Position numbers and translations under genes: made by a program. Shown one piece after another: positions 60,647 to 64,000 of a DNA stretch of 64,000 bases (position 1 is the stretch's first letter; the number at the start of each line of letters is the position of its first letter). The stretch covers positions 1 through 64,000 of the forward strand of contig JBCBZT010000015.1 in NCBI GenBank assembly GCA_039815185.1, written 5' to 3'. The DNA is from Cyanobacteria bacterium P01_A01_bin.123 (GTDB taxonomy: Bacteria; Cyanobacteriota; Cyanobacteriia; Phormidesmidales; Phormidesmidaceae). A model generated the notes under the pieces. It saw only the letters and a list, made by a program, of their open reading frames with translations, did not search any database and had not been told where the DNA came from.

Positions 60647-61255
60647 TTAAAACCTGAGGGCATACATCAGCTGACTCGCCAAAGTGGCCGGCAATCGCAG
60701 CCGTTGGTGAAAGTGAGCAAAGCTTTGATAAGGGCCAAAAGCCTGACGTTGCTGTACAATCTGGCGAGCCAAATATAGGTCAATCCCCGGTATCTGGCTC
60801 AACTGCTCTACCGTGGCATGATTGGGATTAATCAACACAGGCTGGACGCAGCTCTGCGCATCGTAGTGGTAAAACCGCAGCACCGGCTCCCACAATCGCA
60901 GGGCTTGGAGGGGTAAACTCAACGCCGCCGCCAAATCTTCTAAGCAGTAAAACTGAAGACCTGACTGACTCAACTCAACCAGCGATCGCGCTTGGTGAAT
61001 CGACAACCCCGGTAACCGCAACCAATCGTCCACCGTCGCCCGATTGGCATCAATAGTAATGCCTGCTTCAGCCGCGATCGTCACATCCTCAGCCGACTCA
61101 AACCGTGCATAGGGATTCGCCAATAATTGACGCCGCCGAGGAGAAACCCGATCCCTGAGATGCTTTGACCATCGGCCCCATGGAGCTAACGTTTCACCCC
61201 GGAGCGATCGCCCAGAATACTGCCCCTTAGAAAACATCTCCCCCATCTCCTTCAT
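60647..61255 (-). CDS. ComEA-like helix-hairpin-helix protein
   Basis: IDANRATVDDWLRLPGL and INPNHATVEQLSQIPGI motifs. Confidence 0.8.
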   Translation of the reverse strand: MKEMGEMFSKGQYSGRSLRGETLAPWGRWSKHLRDRVSPRRRQLLANPYARFESAEDVTIAAEAGITIDANRATVDDWLRLPGLSIHQARSLVELSQSGLQFYCLEDLAAALSLPLQALRLWEPVLRFYHYDAQSCVQPVLINPNHATVEQLSQIPGIDLYLARQIVQQRQAFGPYQSFAHFHQRLRLPATLASQLMYALRF

Positions 61256-61300
61256 CCATGACTCCCTCTCTCCCCAACCCCCACTCCCTTACTTCCCCAA

Positions 61301-61738
61301 TCACCCCAACCGATCCAACAAACTTCGCCGCTTTTGCTCAAACTCGTACTCTGAAATCAGTCCCTCTTGACGCAGCCGTTCAAGTTCCCGCAAGGCGTTA
61401 GCGATCGCGCCGACTTGTTCCGCAGGCAAGGCGTTAGCTGAGGCAGATTGGGGAGGGGCAGGGATGTTTGAAGACCGTCTTTCAGCGGTCATCGCCACTG
61501 TTGAGGCCAAAAATCGCTGCCCAAACCCTTGATCACTATGGGACAGATACCAAATGCCTTCAATCGCGCTGGCAATGCGAGGGATTTGAGTCCAACCCAA
61601 CAGCAAATATAAAGTCCCCCATACGGGTTGGCCGAGATAAAACTTGTGGAGGCCAGAAAGGGGTAACGGTGTTGGCTGAAATGCCCCTAATAGCGCTAAT
61701 CCCGCCGCAACTTTGCGATTTTTCTCAGAACCCATCAT
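61301..61738 (-). CDS. TM2/NINE domain protein with SHOCT tail
   Basis: GLHKFYLGQ..WG.LYLL; L.EL..L...GLISE.EFEQKRR.LL. Confidence 0.85.
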   Translation of the reverse strand: MMGSEKNRKVAAGLALLGAFQPTPLPLSGLHKFYLGQPVWGTLYLLLGWTQIPRIASAIEGIWYLSHSDQGFGQRFLASTVAMTAERRSSNIPAPPQSASANALPAEQVGAIANALRELERLRQEGLISEYEFEQKRRSLLDRLG

Positions 61739-62360
61739 GCTGCTAAACCTGCGAAGTCGACTTTACCCTCGACTTTGACTTGCCCCATTAGGAGGCTGTT
61801 TGAGGTCAAATTGAATATTCTCCCCAGTCTACTCCTGATGTTTCAATAGAAGACAGGTAAATAAGGGTTAGCTAGAATGATAAACGCTGATCTATGCTTA
61901 GGGTGCTATCGGTGAGAACTGCTGATGCTGGAACTTTTTGGGCGGTTTAAATCGGGCTTTTTCAAGAAAACAACGATACGGTGACTGGACTAAGATAAAA
62001 AGACACCCGTGTGTCTCTGGAACTTGCATGAAAATACTAAGTCCAAGATGGCGGGGTCTTGATATTTTTTCCACCATCTAGGGTTAATTTAGAGTCTGGT
62101 TTTGACTATCAACTCAGTCCTATGCAGGGGAAGACTGTAATAATGGCGAATGCTAACGCTTATCATTGCCCAGGGGATTCCAGATAGCTTCAACCGCGAT
62201 CGCCCTTACCATACCAGCTGATTCCAACAGATATACATCCGCAAATCTACTAGGAGAAATCGCGCGGCTCCACGCTAGCATCAGATGCTCTACTGATTCC
62301 TCGATACCATGGGTAATGCCCATATGCACCATAGCTCACGGCCCATCGCATCAAGTTTGA

Positions 62361-63296
62361 ATGGCACCCGAACCTCTGTCTCATGACTGGCTCAAGCAAT
62401 TTTCTGACCCTTACGCGACTTTGGGGCTCTCGGTCGCGGCAGATGAACGACGTCTACTTAAGCGGTATCGTCAAGTTGCCAAACGTTTGCATCCAGACGT
62501 TCAAGCGAACAATGACGAATCAACTCAGGAACTTGCCAGGCAGATTATTACTCGGTTGGTCAACCCAGCTTATCAACGGCTCAAGATCGATAAAAGTCGT
62601 TCAGAAACCCTGGCAACCCTGCGCTTCAAGGTGCGTCGTTTGACCCGCCAGTCTCAACTCAATCCCACCAGCGACCTGGCGAAAGCGTTATTCAAGGCAG
62701 CTGATACCGAGGTGGATGTGTTCTATGAACAAGCCCTTGATCAGCTGGCAGAGGGGCAGTATGAATCAGTTGAGACCTTTGAACAAATTACCCCCCAACT
62801 GGCCGAGCTCAATTTGGTCTACCTGCGGCGCAAAATGGGAGAACCCGTTATTCGTGAAAAACGAACCGGCCTTGTGGCAGCGTCCACGGTTCCTACAGCA
62901 CCTGTGGGTCAGCCCAAACATCAGCCCAATGATGCTCAGAGCAACGGCAAAGCACCCCTACCGCCCAATTACGCTGAACGACACATTGAACGCGCCCAGG
63001 AATATCTGCAAAAAGGGAATCACAATCAAGCGGTACAAGAACTCCGCGATGCCATCCGAATTGAACCTAGCAACAGCCATTTCCATTCCCTACTGGGGCG
63101 GGCTTACCTGATGCAAAAGCTAGAGGGTATGGCTAAGGTTCATTTCCGTCAGGCGCTCAAGTTGGATTCCAATAATGCGCTGGCCCGCAAATATGCCCCG
63201 CGGCTCGGTATTGAGCTGCAATCTGCTCCAAATGGCAATACCAAAGGCAAGCGACAAGGCAACCGTGGCTTTTTTGGCCTATTCCAAAAGAAATAA
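62361..63296 (+). CDS. DnaJ-domain / TPR protein
   Basis: DPYATLG and LHPD motifs; C-terminal TPR repeats. Confidence 0.88.
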   Translation: MAPEPLSHDWLKQFSDPYATLGLSVAADERRLLKRYRQVAKRLHPDVQANNDESTQELARQIITRLVNPAYQRLKIDKSRSETLATLRFKVRRLTRQSQLNPTSDLAKALFKAADTEVDVFYEQALDQLAEGQYESVETFEQITPQLAELNLVYLRRKMGEPVIREKRTGLVAASTVPTAPVGQPKHQPNDAQSNGKAPLPPNYAERHIERAQEYLQKGNHNQAVQELRDAIRIEPSNSHFHSLLGRAYLMQKLEGMAKVHFRQALKLDSNNALARKYAPRLGIELQSAPNGNTKGKRQGNRGFFGLFQKK

Positions 63297-63305
63297 TTAA
63301 ACCCG

Positions 63306-63986
63306 ATGGCGTTTCAAAACCCTGAAGAGATTGATCTCGCCCCGTTGATTGACCAGGCCCTGCTGACCCCGGCAGTGATCCCGGTAGCCGTAGTTGAAGC
63401 CTGTGATCTAGCCGTTCGATATGGCTTTGCCTCAGTGTGCGTCTATCCTAACGCCGTGCGTCAGGCTGCCGAACAGCTCCATGGCAAAGCCCCTAATGTC
63501 TGTACAGTGATTGGATTTCCCTCTGGGGCGAGTACCGCTGCTGTCAAACTCTACGAAGCCCAAGAAGCGACTGAAAACGGGGCGACAGAATTGGATGTGG
63601 TGCTTAATCTCAGCTGGCTCAAAACAGGCAATACTAAGGCCCTACATCGAGAAATTGCCGAAATTTGTGACGCAACGGGGCAGTGTGTCAAAGCGATTTT
63701 AGAAATGGCCCTGTTGAGTGAGGCTGAAAAGCGCCTGGTGGCCGAAATTTGCCTCGATGCTGGCGTCGCTTTCCTGAAAACCAGTACGGGCTGGTTTGGC
63801 GGGGCCACCGTTGCTGATGTCAAGTTACTGGCTGAGATCACTCGGGGACAGGTAGGCATCAAAGCCTCTGGCGGCATCCGCACCCGAGCCCAGGCAGTGG
63901 ACTTAGTTTTGGCTGGTGCCACGCGCTTGGGTACCTCTCGGGGGCCAGATATTGTGCGTGATCAAGGGCAAGAACCACAATCATGA
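63306..63986 (+). CDS. deoC: deoxyribose-phosphate aldolase
   Basis: [25 protein letters not shown] and RLGTS motifs. Confidence 0.95.
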   Translation: MAFQNPEEIDLAPLIDQALLTPAVIPVAVVEACDLAVRYGFASVCVYPNAVRQAAEQLHGKAPNVCTVIGFPSGASTAAVKLYEAQEATENGATELDVVLNLSWLKTGNTKALHREIAEICDATGQCVKAILEMALLSEAEKRLVAEICLDAGVAFLKTSTGWFGGATVADVKLLAEITRGQVGIKASGGIRTRAQAVDLVLAGATRLGTSRGPDIVRDQGQEPQS

Positions 63987-64000
63987 GTCGCACCTACAAA
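63983..64000 (+). CDS. recO: 5' end of probable DNA repair protein RecO (partial)
   Basis: ATG overlaps the deoC stop; MSRTYK matches the cyanobacterial RecO N-terminus and the usual deoC-recO order; only 6 codons visible. Confidence 0.55.

Noticed and set aside
1..64000. Abundant GCGATCGC octamers as a novel repeat
   Set aside because: This is the well-known cyanobacterial HIP1 sequence.

Overview
64 kb of a filamentous cyanobacterial chromosome. HIP1 (GCGATCGC) is abundant, and hemH with a CAB tail, ictB, a cikA-like kinase and a group 2 sigma factor are present. Most of the window is housekeeping or common accessory genes: ctaA, crtI, tRNA-Leu(GAG), scpA, cobN, hemH, ictB, a DevBCCA exporter, mnmH/selD, an FdhF/YdeP oxidoreductase and deoC-recO. 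Two things stand out. (1) An orphan 92-aa ORF (31906-32184) has two double-glycine leader motifs, each followed by two near-identical 14-15-aa cores that differ mostly at synonymous sites; it looks like an unusual multi-core RiPP or secreted-peptide precursor. (2) An integron-type cassette array lacking an integrase (47561-51540) has an attI-like site preceded by 40-bp-period repeats, two clear 87-88 bp attC sites, an AT-rich cassette, an AraC/SnoaL cassette and a toxin-antitoxin pair. Several families of short repeats or MITEs also occur, some inserted in-frame in cobN and in a glycosyltransferase gene. Two genes are truncated: a macro-domain gene and a divergent purA-like fragment. All product calls come from motif recognition by eye; no database searches were run.
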